Below are positions 49,581 through 59,458 of a stretch of 64,000 nt of DNA, one piece after another. The translations under genes and the position numbers were made by a program. The notes beneath the pieces were generated by a model. That model had not been told where the DNA came from, searched no databases, and saw only the letters and a list, made by a program, of their open reading frames with translations. Source of the stretch: an uncultured Flavobacteriaceae bacterium (GTDB taxonomy: Bacteria; Bacteroidota; Bacteroidia; NS11-12g; UBA955); assembly GCA_964475595.1 (NCBI GenBank), contig CAYYXG010000003.1, positions 42,420-106,419 of the forward strand. The letters are read 5' to 3'. Each line of letters starts with the position of its first letter. Position 1 is the stretch's first letter.

Positions 49581-51263
49581 ATGAAAATGAAAACACTGTT
49601 ATTCACACTGGCCACTACGGGAGTATACCTGCTGCAGGCCCAAACCATTGATCAGGGAAGAAGGCAAACCCGAAATGAGCAATATGAAGATGCCGCCAAA
49701 ACCTTTGAAAGCATTATTGCCAAAAAACCCAAAGTAGGTGAGCCTTATTACTGGGCTGGTATCAATATGCTGGAATCCGGTGATACCGCGGCAGCTAAAG
49801 GAATGTTTGAAAAAGGCCTGTTAATGATGCCAAAGTACACCGTCAACTACATTGGCCTTGGCCATCTGGCCCTAAGGTCAGGTAATTTGGCAGAAGCTGA
49901 AAATCAATTTGCATTGGCCAGAAAAACCGGTAAAAAGTTATTGCCCCTGATAAACAGAGAAATCGGCAGGGCTTATTTGATGGTGCAATATGGCACGGCT
50001 TCTAACCTGAAACAAAACGCGGATAAAGCTGCTGCCAGTCTTAAATTGGCGTCTGAATCTGATTATGAAGCCCAGTTGCTGCTAGGCGACGCGTATCTAA
50101 TCATTCACAAAGGGGATGCATCATTGTCTATTGAACAATATACAGTTTCCGGCTACATGAATGAATCGGATCCTCGCTCAAAATTAAGGCAAGGAATGGT
50201 CTATCAGAGAGTGGGTAATTATGATGTAGCACTCAATCAGGTGAATGAGGCGCTTCGCATTGATAAGGATTTTGCCCCGGCGTACAGACAGAAAGCCGAT
50301 ATTTTTAACCTGATGAAAAAACGGGATAGTACGGTGTTGTATTATCAGGAATACCTCAAGCGGAACAATAATATTTCTGCCCGTAAAATGTATGCACAGG
50401 CATTATTCCTGGCAGGTGATTATGATGAGGCCATTACTGAGGCCAAAAGTATTCTGGACATACAGACAAAATCTGGCGCTAAATTGTTTACCAATTTGTA
50501 TGGTGTAATTGCCTATGCCTATGCGCAAAAGAACGATACATCGAGAGCCATTAACCAAACAGGTCTCGATTATTTCGAAGTGTACGAAAGTAAACACGTC
50601 AAGGGTTTAAACAGGCCCCTGTCTGTTCAGGAGAAATTTATTAAGGCCAATCTTCTGGGTCGATTAGGTCAGGAAGAAGTGGCCTATGACTTGCACCTTA
50701 GCGTTGTTAGCGATACTGCGAATTGTCCTGCTATATGGTATCAGCAGCTGCAGGATTTTTATACTGGCAGAAGGCAGTGGAGTAGGGCTGTTACCATCAT
50801 TGAATGGAAACAGGCAAAAAATAACGGGCTGGAAAATAAAGATTTATTTTATTTGGGAAATGCACAGCTGAATACCGGTCAGTATGACAATGCAATCAGT
50901 TCTTATACTCGCCTTATAAATAATGATTCCACCGCTGTACAGGGTTACTATAAAATTGCCCAGTCCTATGATCAGATGGACCCCACAGATTCTACCGGTA
51001 AAGCCACTTCGGCCTATCTGGTATGGATGGATAAGCTAAATGCTGAACAGAAGGAGAAATACAAGCAGACCATGCTGGTGGCATACAATAGAATGCAAAC
51101 CATTGCCAGAGGCAACAAGCAATGGGAAAAATGCTCTGAGTTTCTCGGAAAAATGATTGAATTGGCTCCTGAAGATGAAAATATTAAGAAGGACAAAGAG
51201 GGGGTAGACAATTATATTAAAAAACTGGCCGCCCGCAAGCAAAAGCCAGCAACCAAGCCATAA
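49581..51263 (+). CDS. Tetratricopeptide repeat protein, secreted
   Basis: Signal peptide, then multiple TPR-like 34-residue helical repeats (WAGINMLESGDTAAAKGMFEKGL, LGHLALRSGNLAEAENQFALA and so on). Confidence 0.75.
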   Translation: MKMKTLLFTLATTGVYLLQAQTIDQGRRQTRNEQYEDAAKTFESIIAKKPKVGEPYYWAGINMLESGDTAAAKGMFEKGLLMMPKYTVNYIGLGHLALRSGNLAEAENQFALARKTGKKLLPLINREIGRAYLMVQYGTASNLKQNADKAAASLKLASESDYEAQLLLGDAYLIIHKGDASLSIEQYTVSGYMNESDPRSKLRQGMVYQRVGNYDVALNQVNEALRIDKDFAPAYRQKADIFNLMKKRDSTVLYYQEYLKRNNNISARKMYAQALFLAGDYDEAITEAKSILDIQTKSGAKLFTNLYGVIAYAYAQKNDTSRAINQTGLDYFEVYESKHVKGLNRPLSVQEKFIKANLLGRLGQEEVAYDLHLSVVSDTANCPAIWYQQLQDFYTGRRQWSRAVTIIEWKQAKNNGLENKDLFYLGNAQLNTGQYDNAISSYTRLINNDSTAVQGYYKIAQSYDQMDPTDSTGKATSAYLVWMDKLNAEQKEKYKQTMLVAYNRMQTIARGNKQWEKCSEFLGKMIELAPEDENIKKDKEGVDNYIKKLAARKQKPATKP

Positions 51264-51285
51264 TTCATAAATTAGCCATATTTTT

Positions 51286-51315
51286 GAGGCCTGCCTAAAA
51301 TGGCAGGCCTTTTTC
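51286..51315 (+). terminator. Rho-independent terminator
   Basis: GAGGCCTGCC-TAAAAT-GGCAGGCCTTTTT hairpin directly after the TPR gene. Confidence 0.75.
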
Positions 51316-51332
51316 ATTAAATTTGATCATAG

Positions 51333-52952
51333 TTGAATAAACGCTGGCTACCGATATTATTATGTATGTTTTTGGTGCTTTGTACCAAAGTAAATGCTCA
51401 GTTTGTATCGGTATTGATTCAGGTTAACCCTGTTAAAATTGAAGAAATACGCACATTGTCACACCCAAGATGCAATTGGGCGACAATAGATGAGTCTTTT
51501 GGTTTATATCATTGCAGGATGCCTGAGGAAGCATTCACACCTGCATTGATTCGTCAGCTTAATGCAATGGAAGGGGTTCTGGCCGTTCAAAAATGCAGGA
51601 GTATTTCCAGGAGAATGCAACCCAATGATCCTTTATTTGGCCAACAGAAATATTTAACGACCATACGTGCCCCTTGGTTTTGGGATAGAAATACAGGTGG
51701 CGTAAACAGGAGAGGGGATACCCTGGTGGTGGGCATGATTGACGATGGTATGGATACCGCACATCCCGACTTACTCCCCAATATGTGGTTTAATCGACAT
51801 GAAATTCCCTGGAATGGACTGGATGATGATGGCAATGGATACACCGATGATTACCGAGGTTGGAATGGCGGAGATTCCAATAACAGAACTTTCACCACCC
51901 AGAGTGTTTATGCGCATGGAACCGAAGTAGCCGGAATCATAGGCGCGGCCGGTAACAATAACAAAGGAGTTTGCGGTATTAACTGGCAAACAAAGCTTTT
52001 GCCGCTGTTATGTTATCCCGTTAATGGTGTAAATGGAGATTTGGGCGTAATACGAAGTATGTTGTATGCACTGCGAATGAAGAAGTTATATATGTCAACA
52101 GGAGGCCAAAAAGGGGCTTTGATTATGGCGGTAAATACTTCTGTTGGTATAGATGCTGCTTTTCCTGCGGAGCAACCCATTTGGTGCAGTCTGTATGATT
52201 CTCTCGGACATGCCGGCATCTTGAGCAGCATTGCCACCACCAATACCAACGTGGATATAGGAACGGTGGGGGATATACCCAGTTTGTGCCCAAGTTTGTT
52301 CACCATTGTGGTCAATAATACAGATGCCAACGATAACCGAATAAATTCAGGATACAGCGATGTGCATGTGGATATGGCGGCGCCCGGACAAGATGTTTAT
52401 ACCACCCAGTTAAATTCCTTTGCAGGGCCAAATGGTCCGTATAATAAGGTAAATGGCACTTCCTTTTCCGCGCCTCAGGTAAGTGCCGTTGCAACACTGC
52501 TGTGCTCAGAAGTGTGCGATTCTTTTTGGACCGTACATAAAAACTTCCCAGATTCTGCTGCCCGTTTGCTGAGGTCATGGATTTTACGAAGTGTTGATGT
52601 GCTTCCCTCCCTAAATGGTAAATGCGCCACTTCGGGGCGGCTCAATATAGAAAAAGCCCGGGCTGAAATGAATGCATGGTGCATTGCTGTTAATCAGAAT
52701 CTGAAAATAGCTACTAGGGTATTTCCCAATCCTGCCATGCCCGGTCAGGTAATTGTTTGGAATGGACTGTTGCCCGGAGTTACATCCTTGTCGCTTCACA
52801 GCATGGATGGTAGGCAGGTGGCCACCGCAAAAGCAATTGAATCTAACAAAATTCAGCTACCGGATTTATCGGCAGGAATGTATTGGCTGCAGGGAAAAAC
52901 TGAAAATACGGTTGTCCGTACCCGAATTTTTATTGCAGAAACCCCTAAGTAA
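51333..52952 (+). CDS. S8 family (subtilisin-like) serine peptidase with T9SS type-A C-terminal sorting domain
   Basis: Catalytic triad contexts VGMIDDGMD (Asp), HGTEVAGIIGA (His), GTSFSAPQVSAVATLL (Ser). The C-terminal VFPNPAMPGQVIVWNG...SAGMYWLQGKT is a T9SS CTD. Confidence 0.85.
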   Translation: MNKRWLPILLCMFLVLCTKVNAQFVSVLIQVNPVKIEEIRTLSHPRCNWATIDESFGLYHCRMPEEAFTPALIRQLNAMEGVLAVQKCRSISRRMQPNDPLFGQQKYLTTIRAPWFWDRNTGGVNRRGDTLVVGMIDDGMDTAHPDLLPNMWFNRHEIPWNGLDDDGNGYTDDYRGWNGGDSNNRTFTTQSVYAHGTEVAGIIGAAGNNNKGVCGINWQTKLLPLLCYPVNGVNGDLGVIRSMLYALRMKKLYMSTGGQKGALIMAVNTSVGIDAAFPAEQPIWCSLYDSLGHAGILSSIATTNTNVDIGTVGDIPSLCPSLFTIVVNNTDANDNRINSGYSDVHVDMAAPGQDVYTTQLNSFAGPNGPYNKVNGTSFSAPQVSAVATLLCSEVCDSFWTVHKNFPDSAARLLRSWILRSVDVLPSLNGKCATSGRLNIEKARAEMNAWCIAVNQNLKIATRVFPNPAMPGQVIVWNGLLPGVTSLSLHSMDGRQVATAKAIESNKIQLPDLSAGMYWLQGKTENTVVRTRIFIAETPK

Positions 52953-53460
52953 CCGGTTTGAACGCCTCAAATGCATTATGGCAGTTTTTGCAGTAATGCA
53001 TGCTGCGACACAATGTGGGCCCAAACGGCGTTTGAAGGGTCGTATTTCTACTATCGCAGAGTGGGCAGGGAATATCGCTCAACACATCCAATTCGATGTA
53101 TCCTGCGTGTTTTGGTGGCGGCGCAAGTCCATGTTTTTTAAGGGCAATTAATCCCTTTTCCGAGATCATGTTGGTGTTCCATGCAACTTCAAAACTGCTG
53201 CTTACTTTTGCTGATTTGTAGCCCGCCTCGATCAACTTATCGTGAACCATTTGCTCCATAAAACGCAAAGCGGGGCAGCCCGAAAAAGTGGGGGTGAGTT
53301 TTACATGGGGATTTTCATCTTCCCATTCCACAGCGGTTACAATACCCAAGTCTACCAGCGATATGGTTGGAATCTCCGGATCCATCACGGTTTCCAGAAT
53401 TGCATATATATCGGCTGTGCGTTTGTCCATGAATTTTTTACCAGTCAGCGCCCGGGTCAA
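52945..53460 (-). CDS. paaD: 1,2-phenylacetyl-CoA epoxidase subunit PaaD (MIP18/DUF59 domain + Cys4 zinc ribbon)
   Basis: 171 aa. IYAILETVMDPEIPTISLVDLGIV (DUF59-like), C-terminal CPLCDS...CKNC. Confidence 0.8.
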   Translation of the reverse strand: MTRALTGKKFMDKRTADIYAILETVMDPEIPTISLVDLGIVTAVEWEDENPHVKLTPTFSGCPALRFMEQMVHDKLIEAGYKSAKVSSSFEVAWNTNMISEKGLIALKKHGLAPPPKHAGYIELDVLSDIPCPLCDSRNTTLQTPFGPTLCRSMHYCKNCHNAFEAFKPVT

Positions 53461-54208
53461 TCTGAAATACCTCGCTCATTTCATTCAGCAAGGGCTGTAG
53501 GTGTTCGGTATGAAATCCTTTTCTGCCACCCAAAGCCGGACTTACCTGATCAGCATCGGGTAATGTATATCCGTATTTATGCAGTTCGGAGCTTACTTTT
53601 TCCAGCCATTGGGTTTTCAACGCCGCTTCACCCATAAAAATACCCGCTTCTTTCAGTTCGGCCTCATAATCTCCTTCCTCAAAAATACCCAAAGCTAGCG
53701 GAAATGCTTCATTGATAGCAGATTGCATGCGGGCTTTGCTTTCTTCCGTACCTTGGCTAAGTTGTTTCATCCATACATCAGCATGCATGGTGTGGTATTT
53801 AATTTCGCCTCTGAATTTTCTGGCAACCATAGACAACCCTTCAAAAGCCGAGTTTTCAAGCATGCCAAATCTGAGGGCATCGGCGTGATCATAGAAAAAA
53901 TGACGAGCCAGACTGAAATCATATTCTCCGATGGGCATTTCTACCAGTTGGCAATTGTGAAATTGTTTGTCGTTTCGGGTAAAAGCAACTATGTCAGGCA
54001 CATTTTCACCCAGTTCATGCAATAATTCATACAATGCCAAACTTTGTCCCAGTTTGTCTTGTGCCATGCTGCTGAAGGCAATATCTTCCTCCAATACCGG
54101 TCCAAGACCTGTCCATTCGCTGTTTCTGTGGCCAAGAATCAATAAATCATCAGCCATTTTATACAGGAGCTCTTTTAACCCCTCAACGTGTCTTTCTGTT
54201 AATTCCAT
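53438..54208 (-). CDS. paaC: 1,2-phenylacetyl-CoA epoxidase subunit PaaC
   Basis: 256 aa. Ferritin-like, LLILGHRNSEW...AQDKLGQ blocks typical of PaaC. Confidence 0.8.
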   Translation of the reverse strand: MELTERHVEGLKELLYKMADDLLILGHRNSEWTGLGPVLEEDIAFSSMAQDKLGQSLALYELLHELGENVPDIVAFTRNDKQFHNCQLVEMPIGEYDFSLARHFFYDHADALRFGMLENSAFEGLSMVARKFRGEIKYHTMHADVWMKQLSQGTEESKARMQSAINEAFPLALGIFEEGDYEAELKEAGIFMGEAALKTQWLEKVSSELHKYGYTLPDADQVSPALGGRKGFHTEHLQPLLNEMSEVFQIDPGADW

Positions 54209-54211
54209 TTT

Positions 54212-54586
54212 TTAACTGTTTTGTTTGGCTTTAAAAGCCTGAATTCTGTCCATTACCTTATAAACTTCAGGTTCACGGTACTTTTTTTCAGGTGTAGTAG
54301 CGAAAATATCTTCGTCTTCATATTCAGTGGCAAATACTTCTGATGTTTTTACCACCCAAAGGTTGACGCATTGTCCGCGGCGGGCATATTGCTCTTTGGC
54401 AAACAGCACAGCCAGCTCAGCATCCGGCGCATGGAGACTGCCTACGTGCACGTGGTGCGTTCCGCGTTTTTTTTGCTGAAACACCTCGTAGGTATGCCAT
54501 TGGTCCATCGGCTGCTGTATGCCGTCCTTCGACTCGTCGTCTATGCCTGCGCGGGTTATCCGTGGGTCTAATGATTTGATGATCAT
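54212..54586 (-). CDS. paaB: 1,2-phenylacetyl-CoA epoxidase subunit PaaB
   Basis: 124 aa. WHTYEVFQQKKRGTHHVHVGSLHAPDAELAVLFAKEQY matches PaaB. Confidence 0.85.
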   Translation of the reverse strand: MIIKSLDPRITRAGIDDESKDGIQQPMDQWHTYEVFQQKKRGTHHVHVGSLHAPDAELAVLFAKEQYARRGQCVNLWVVKTSEVFATEYEDEDIFATTPEKKYREPEVYKVMDRIQAFKAKQNS

Positions 54587-56007
54587 GGTTGAATAATGAT
54601 TTTTTTGTTGACAGCGATGTCCGGTGAATTTAATAGGTATACTCCGCTACTTAAATTACCCAGATTCAGAACGCTGTTGTTCGATGTTGATTTGAAAACT
54701 TTTACTATGTTTCCAGTGAGGGAGGTCAGATAGATTGTTACCGGATGGGGTGAATTGTGTTGAATTTGGATGAAATCTTTACAAGGATTAGGGAAGGCTT
54801 GCATGTAAGGGTTTTGCTTTACCAATTGGGTATTAACCCCGAAATTTTCAAACCAGATATCATCGATCAGGGCAATGCTGTTGATATTCATGCCGTTTCC
54901 GGTGCTGTCAATCAGGTAGAAAGCAATGGTTGCTTTGTCTGCGTTGCCTGAGTAACCGGGAAGCCATGTAATATCCTGACTGAATTTTTTAAACTGACTT
55001 GAGTTGCTGTCGATTGCTATGACGGTAGAGCCCACGATGGTATCTGCATTAAACAGATTGACAAAACACAAAAGCTTATCTCCAAACAAATTGGTTTTTG
55101 CGTAGCCATGAAAAGAGGCAGGCCTACTATTCAAGGTAAATGAAGGACTGCCATTATCCGGAGTTATCATATCCTGCCAGTCTCGGCTGCGTGTGGTGAC
55201 TGCAAAAGCGGGAAAAGTGTCGGACTTTCCATTTGGCTGTTTGTGAACCATTCCTCTCAGAAGCAGTGAGGACGATCCAGTTCTTGCATCGTTGCTTCTG
55301 CTGCTGCTTACGTACTTTAAACCATCGTTATAATAGAGAATCTGGTGTGTTGTCCAGTCAACGGGCCATTCCACCCCTAAATTATCCCAGTTGGAAAAAT
55401 TGTGATTGGGAATGTTGGTGAGTGCATTTCCTGCTTGGGTGAAAGTAAAGTCAGCAAAATCGATGTATCCACTGCCATTCGGCTCACTGACGGGGTTGGA
55501 AGCATAAACGATGATGTAAGCAGTATCGCAGATTACCCCAAAATCCGGATGAATGTAGTCAAGGGCAAAGCTTTGGGTATTCCATCCTGAATTGCCATGG
55601 AGTATAATTTCCTGAAAAACGGCCGGAAATGAATCTCCTGATTGCTTGGCAAATACAAATACAAAAGCACTGTCATTGAGCAGGGCCGGTTTGTAGGTAA
55701 TCTTTAGCGAATCGGGGGTTCCATTGAGTCTGAAAGCCGGTGCCTGTCTCCCTGAATCATCGAAAGCAACCTGAGCGATAGCGGTGCTATTGTTGCTGCT
55801 TTTTTCATTCTGCAGGCGGATGGCAAAAGAAGTTCCAGGACCTTGTACCTTTGATACGTTTCCCTGTATGCTCCAATTGGCAGCTATGGGGGTTGTTTTA
55901 TTCTCGAACCATTCAAAATAGGGGTTGGGAATGGTTTGGGCATACCCGGAAACAGCGGCAATAGAGAGTAGCAGCAGCAGGGGTTTTTGAAGCGTCTTTG
56001 TTTTCAT
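54583..56007 (-). CDS. Secreted hypothetical protein with T9SS type-A C-terminal sorting domain, embedded in the paa operon
   Basis: 474 aa. Signal peptide MKTKTLQKPLLLLLSIAAVSGYAQ. The C-terminal QAFPNPCKDFIQIQ...LSSGVYLLNS is a T9SS CTD. 4-bp overlap with the paaB start, and 10 bp after the paaA stop. Confidence 0.75.
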   Translation of the reverse strand: MKTKTLQKPLLLLLSIAAVSGYAQTIPNPYFEWFENKTTPIAANWSIQGNVSKVQGPGTSFAIRLQNEKSSNNSTAIAQVAFDDSGRQAPAFRLNGTPDSLKITYKPALLNDSAFVFVFAKQSGDSFPAVFQEIILHGNSGWNTQSFALDYIHPDFGVICDTAYIIVYASNPVSEPNGSGYIDFADFTFTQAGNALTNIPNHNFSNWDNLGVEWPVDWTTHQILYYNDGLKYVSSSRSNDARTGSSSLLLRGMVHKQPNGKSDTFPAFAVTTRSRDWQDMITPDNGSPSFTLNSRPASFHGYAKTNLFGDKLLCFVNLFNADTIVGSTVIAIDSNSSQFKKFSQDITWLPGYSGNADKATIAFYLIDSTGNGMNINSIALIDDIWFENFGVNTQLVKQNPYMQAFPNPCKDFIQIQHNSPHPVTIYLTSLTGNIVKVFKSTSNNSVLNLGNLSSGVYLLNSPDIAVNKKIIIQP

Positions 56008-56017
56008 AGCATGGGTT

Positions 56018-57010
56018 TTAGGCGAGGGGCGCTACATATTGAGCATCTTTCTTCAGGATAGCATTCCGCACCCAGCGGCCTTTTTCTTCTGCCATTCTGC
56101 GAACGGCAAGACGCTCCTTGTTGCAGGGTCCGTCACCGTTGATTACGCGCTTAAATTCTTCCCAATCGGGTTCTGTATATTCCCATTTGCCTGTGGTTTC
56201 ATTCTTTTTTAGGTTGGGATCTGGAACGGTCAGTCCAAGGTCCCATATTTTGGGAACGTACATGTCCAAGAATTGTTGGCGCATGTCGTCATTGCTGGCC
56301 ATTTTAACTTTCCATTTCATCAGGGTTTCGGTATGCTGCGAAATTTTATCGCTTGGACCAAAGAAGTGCATCAGGGGAGGCCACCAGCGATTGAGGGCTT
56401 CCTGCACCATCTGGCGTTGTTTCGGCGTGCCTGTTGCCAAAAACACCACATTGTCATGCCCGTATTTCAGGTGAAAAGATTCTTCCGCGCAAATCCTGTC
56501 AAGTGCCCTGCAGTAGGGACCATAACTTCCTTTGCTGTTGGTGAGCTGGTTAATAATGGCTCCGGCGTCAACCAGCCATGCAATCACCGCGCTGTCAGCC
56601 CAGGTTTCGGCCGGATAGTTGAATATATTGCTGTATTTGCTTTTGCCATTAATCAGGTCATTAATCATGTCCTCGCGGCTTTTGCCCAGCGTTTCGCAGG
56701 CAGAATATAGCAACTGCGCATGTCCTACTTCATCCTGCACCTTGGCCATTAATGCCAGTTTTCTGCGGAATCCGGGTGCGCGGGTAATCCAGGTGCCCTC
56801 GGGCAGCGAACCAATGATTTCGGAATGGGCGTGTTGCTCAATCATCCGAATCAGCTGTCTTCTGTATTCTTTGGGCATCCAGTCCTGTGGTTCGATTTTT
56901 TCGCCGGCAGCAATGCGGGCTTCAAACTCCGCCAGTTTTACCGGATCTTCGTCTGCTACCAGACTGTTCTGATTTTTGCCGTTGTTTTCGATGTAAGCGT
57001 TTCCGTACAT
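56018..57010 (-). CDS. paaA: 1,2-phenylacetyl-CoA epoxidase catalytic subunit PaaA
   Basis: 330 aa. Di-iron ferritin-like ligand contexts ([31 protein letters not shown]). Unambiguous PaaA. Confidence 0.9.
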   Translation of the reverse strand: MYGNAYIENNGKNQNSLVADEDPVKLAEFEARIAAGEKIEPQDWMPKEYRRQLIRMIEQHAHSEIIGSLPEGTWITRAPGFRRKLALMAKVQDEVGHAQLLYSACETLGKSREDMINDLINGKSKYSNIFNYPAETWADSAVIAWLVDAGAIINQLTNSKGSYGPYCRALDRICAEESFHLKYGHDNVVFLATGTPKQRQMVQEALNRWWPPLMHFFGPSDKISQHTETLMKWKVKMASNDDMRQQFLDMYVPKIWDLGLTVPDPNLKKNETTGKWEYTEPDWEEFKRVINGDGPCNKERLAVRRMAEEKGRWVRNAILKKDAQYVAPLA

Positions 57011-57022
57011 GATATTATGGTT

Positions 57023-57628
57023 TTAGATTGTTTCTTTTTTAAGTCCACTGAGAATAAACTCGGTGAGTTTCTCTGCAATTTGCTCAGGTTTCATTGCTCC
57101 TTTGGGCTTGTACCATTCTACCACCCAATTGAGTGAAGCCAGAATGGTAAGTACTGCAAATTTGTTATTGACATCCTGAAATACACCTTCATCTTCACCT
57201 TGTTTGAGAATTAGGGTTATTCCCTTTTCATACTCGTCTCGTTTTTGAATGAATTGCTTTCGGTTTTCTTCTCCCAGGTTGCGCCATTCATGTACAAAAA
57301 CCCAGCCTGCATTGGGATTCTCGGTTAAGATTACCACATGGTTTTTGATGGCCAGGGAAAGTTTCTCAATGGGGTTGAAGTATATATCATTAACCTCAGC
57401 CATTCCTTGGAGAAGGCGATGGGCCATGTTGAAACAGGTTTCCGATAAAATATCTTCCTTGCCTGAAATATGATTGTACAAGCTGGCAGCCTCCATGTTA
57501 ATGGCAGCGGCAATTTCACGCATGGATGTTCCCTGATATCCGAGTTTCCGCATCATTTCCAGCGAAACGGCCATAATTTGGGCTTTTCGGGCGGAAGGTT
57601 TGCTCGATATATGGGTGCTAACTAACAT
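57023..57628 (-). CDS. TetR/AcrR family transcriptional regulator (PaaR-like, first gene of the paa operon)
   Basis: 201 aa. N-terminal HTH GYQGTSMREIAAAINMEAASLYNHI. 12 bp upstream of paaA on the same strand. Confidence 0.85.
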   Translation of the reverse strand: MLVSTHISSKPSARKAQIMAVSLEMMRKLGYQGTSMREIAAAINMEAASLYNHISGKEDILSETCFNMAHRLLQGMAEVNDIYFNPIEKLSLAIKNHVVILTENPNAGWVFVHEWRNLGEENRKQFIQKRDEYEKGITLILKQGEDEGVFQDVNNKFAVLTILASLNWVVEWYKPKGAMKPEQIAEKLTEFILSGLKKETI

Positions 57629-57636
57629 TTGTTAGT
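57621..57636. promoter_or_regulatory. Inverted repeat ACTAACA-tt-TGTTAGT, candidate TetR operator
   Basis: Perfect 7-bp arms with a 2-nt spacer, overlapping the predicted TetR start codon (complement of cat at 57626-57628). It lies in the divergent region shared with the MbnP-like gene. Confidence 0.4.
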
Positions 57637-57732
57637 ATTGCAAACTTAGTTCAGAAAATTCATAAAAGCAATATTTTAAACTTTCGCTCGATTTTCTCAT
57701 CAGATAAATAACAATAACATTAATTTCGTTTC

Positions 57733-58428
57733 GTGTCCAGGTGGGTTTGCCTATTTATAATTTCTTTTTCAGTTGCAAATGCTGTTAAGTCGCAGCATGC
57801 GCCTGAAATTCTGTTGCTGAAGTTTGAATGTTTGTTTAATGGAAAAGCTGTTCAGGAGCGTGATTCATTCGCCAATGGAAGTCTAAAAAATGCCTGTTGT
57901 TTTACCAAAATCAGACAGTACATATCCGGAATAAGACTGCTCAAGACCGGGAATGAGGTTTGGGTAGATTCAGGTGGGTACTATTTGATTGATTTACTCA
58001 ATCCTGAAAAAAGTATAGTGTTTTTAAAAATAAATGGAAAGGATTTTGATGAGATTCAATTTATTGCTGGCATTGATAGCGCAATTCAAGAGGAAGGGGT
58101 AAAAGGGGGTGCTTTGGATCCGATTAACGGAATGTACTGGACCTGGCAGAGTGGGTATATTCATACCAAAATAGAGGGGTTTTGCCGAGAGAATGAGCTT
58201 AAATCGCCATACGAATTGCATTTGGGTGGTTATACTCATCCCAATTCCACTGTTATTTCTGTTGCTTTTAAAAATATTGTTCCTAAAACAGAATACAGGA
58301 TCCAATTTAACCTTGAGCCGTTATTGGAAACCATGCATCAGATTAAGGTTAAAAAGGTGATGTCGCCTGGCTCAAATGCTGTAAAACTGACCCAATCCTG
58401 GACGCAGTCTGTAAAATTATTGCCATGA
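57733..58428 (+). CDS. MbnP-like periplasmic protein (putative copper-binding partner of a di-haem peroxidase)
   Basis: 231 aa. Signal peptide MSRWVCLFIISFSVANAVKSQ. Trp/His-containing core (GMYWTWQSGYIHTKIEGF, HLGGYTHPNS). 4-bp ATGA overlap with the downstream di-haem cytochrome c peroxidase, the canonical MbnP-MbnH pairing. The family call is inferential. Confidence 0.45.
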   Translation: MSRWVCLFIISFSVANAVKSQHAPEILLLKFECLFNGKAVQERDSFANGSLKNACCFTKIRQYISGIRLLKTGNEVWVDSGGYYLIDLLNPEKSIVFLKINGKDFDEIQFIAGIDSAIQEEGVKGGALDPINGMYWTWQSGYIHTKIEGFCRENELKSPYELHLGGYTHPNSTVISVAFKNIVPKTEYRIQFNLEPLLETMHQIKVKKVMSPGSNAVKLTQSWTQSVKLLP

Positions 58429-59438
58429 AATATCGCTCGCTGCCTATCATTTTAGTATTTGTGACAGGTTTATGTGCCTTTCAGCTGCCTCGTTTTCAGC
58501 AGGAAAAAATATCGAAGCCCTGGCCAAAGCCGATTTACGATTTTTCATCTGAACCTCAGTTCAAAGCACGGGTGGCACTTGGCAGAATCCTGTTTTACGA
58601 TCCGGTTTTGTCCGCAGACAGCACCATTTCATGTGCATCATGCCATCTGCAATACACGGCTTTTGCCCACGTAGACCATGCGCTCAGTCATGGTATTCAT
58701 GACAGCATAGCAACCCGCAACGCCACTGCACTGATGAATCTTGCCTGGCATAAGCAATTTATGTGGGATGGAGCCATTCATCACATCGATGTTCAGGCAC
58801 TGGCACCGATTCATCATCCGGCTGAAATGGGGAGTTCAATTGGTGAAGTGGTATCAAAGCTTAACCGAATTAAAAAATATAAACCCTTATTCAATGCGGC
58901 TTTTGGAGATGATAAAGCCACAGGGGAAAGGGTGTTGACGGCCATTTCCAGATTTATGACGGTTATTGTAAGTAATCAGTCTAAATACGACAGTGTGATG
59001 CGAGGCAGTTCGGTATTTACCTCGCAGGAAAAAAGGGGATATGCGTTATTTCAAAAAAACTGCAATGCTTGTCATACGGAGCCGTTATTTACATCGCTGA
59101 AATATGAGGACAACGGATTGCCTGTAAATTCACAACTGCGTGATTTAGGTCGATATAAAATTACCCAAATTGCATCAGATTCATTTAAGTTTAAGGTCCC
59201 AACCCTGCGAAACATTGAATATTCGTTTCCATACATGCACGATGGGCGTTTCAATCATTTGTCGGAAGTATTTAATCATTATGAGAAAAGGATTGTAAAA
59301 AGGAATGGTGTTTCTGTAAAATTGAAAAAGGGCATTAAACTCAATGCCAAAGAGAAAGTAGATATAACGGCATTTTTATTGACCCTCACAGACAAGCACT
59401 ACCTCTACAATCCCGAGTGGGGGTTTCCTGAAAAATAA
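58425..59438 (+). CDS. Di-haem cytochrome c peroxidase (CCP/MauG/MbnH family)
   Basis: 337 aa. Two CxxCH haem motifs (CASCH, CNACH). The family motif is KVPTLRNIEYSFPYMHDGRF. Confidence 0.85.
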   Translation: MKYRSLPIILVFVTGLCAFQLPRFQQEKISKPWPKPIYDFSSEPQFKARVALGRILFYDPVLSADSTISCASCHLQYTAFAHVDHALSHGIHDSIATRNATALMNLAWHKQFMWDGAIHHIDVQALAPIHHPAEMGSSIGEVVSKLNRIKKYKPLFNAAFGDDKATGERVLTAISRFMTVIVSNQSKYDSVMRGSSVFTSQEKRGYALFQKNCNACHTEPLFTSLKYEDNGLPVNSQLRDLGRYKITQIASDSFKFKVPTLRNIEYSFPYMHDGRFNHLSEVFNHYEKRIVKRNGVSVKLKKGIKLNAKEKVDITAFLLTLTDKHYLYNPEWGFPEK

Positions 59439-59458
59439 TTTTAATAATTGTTAAACCT

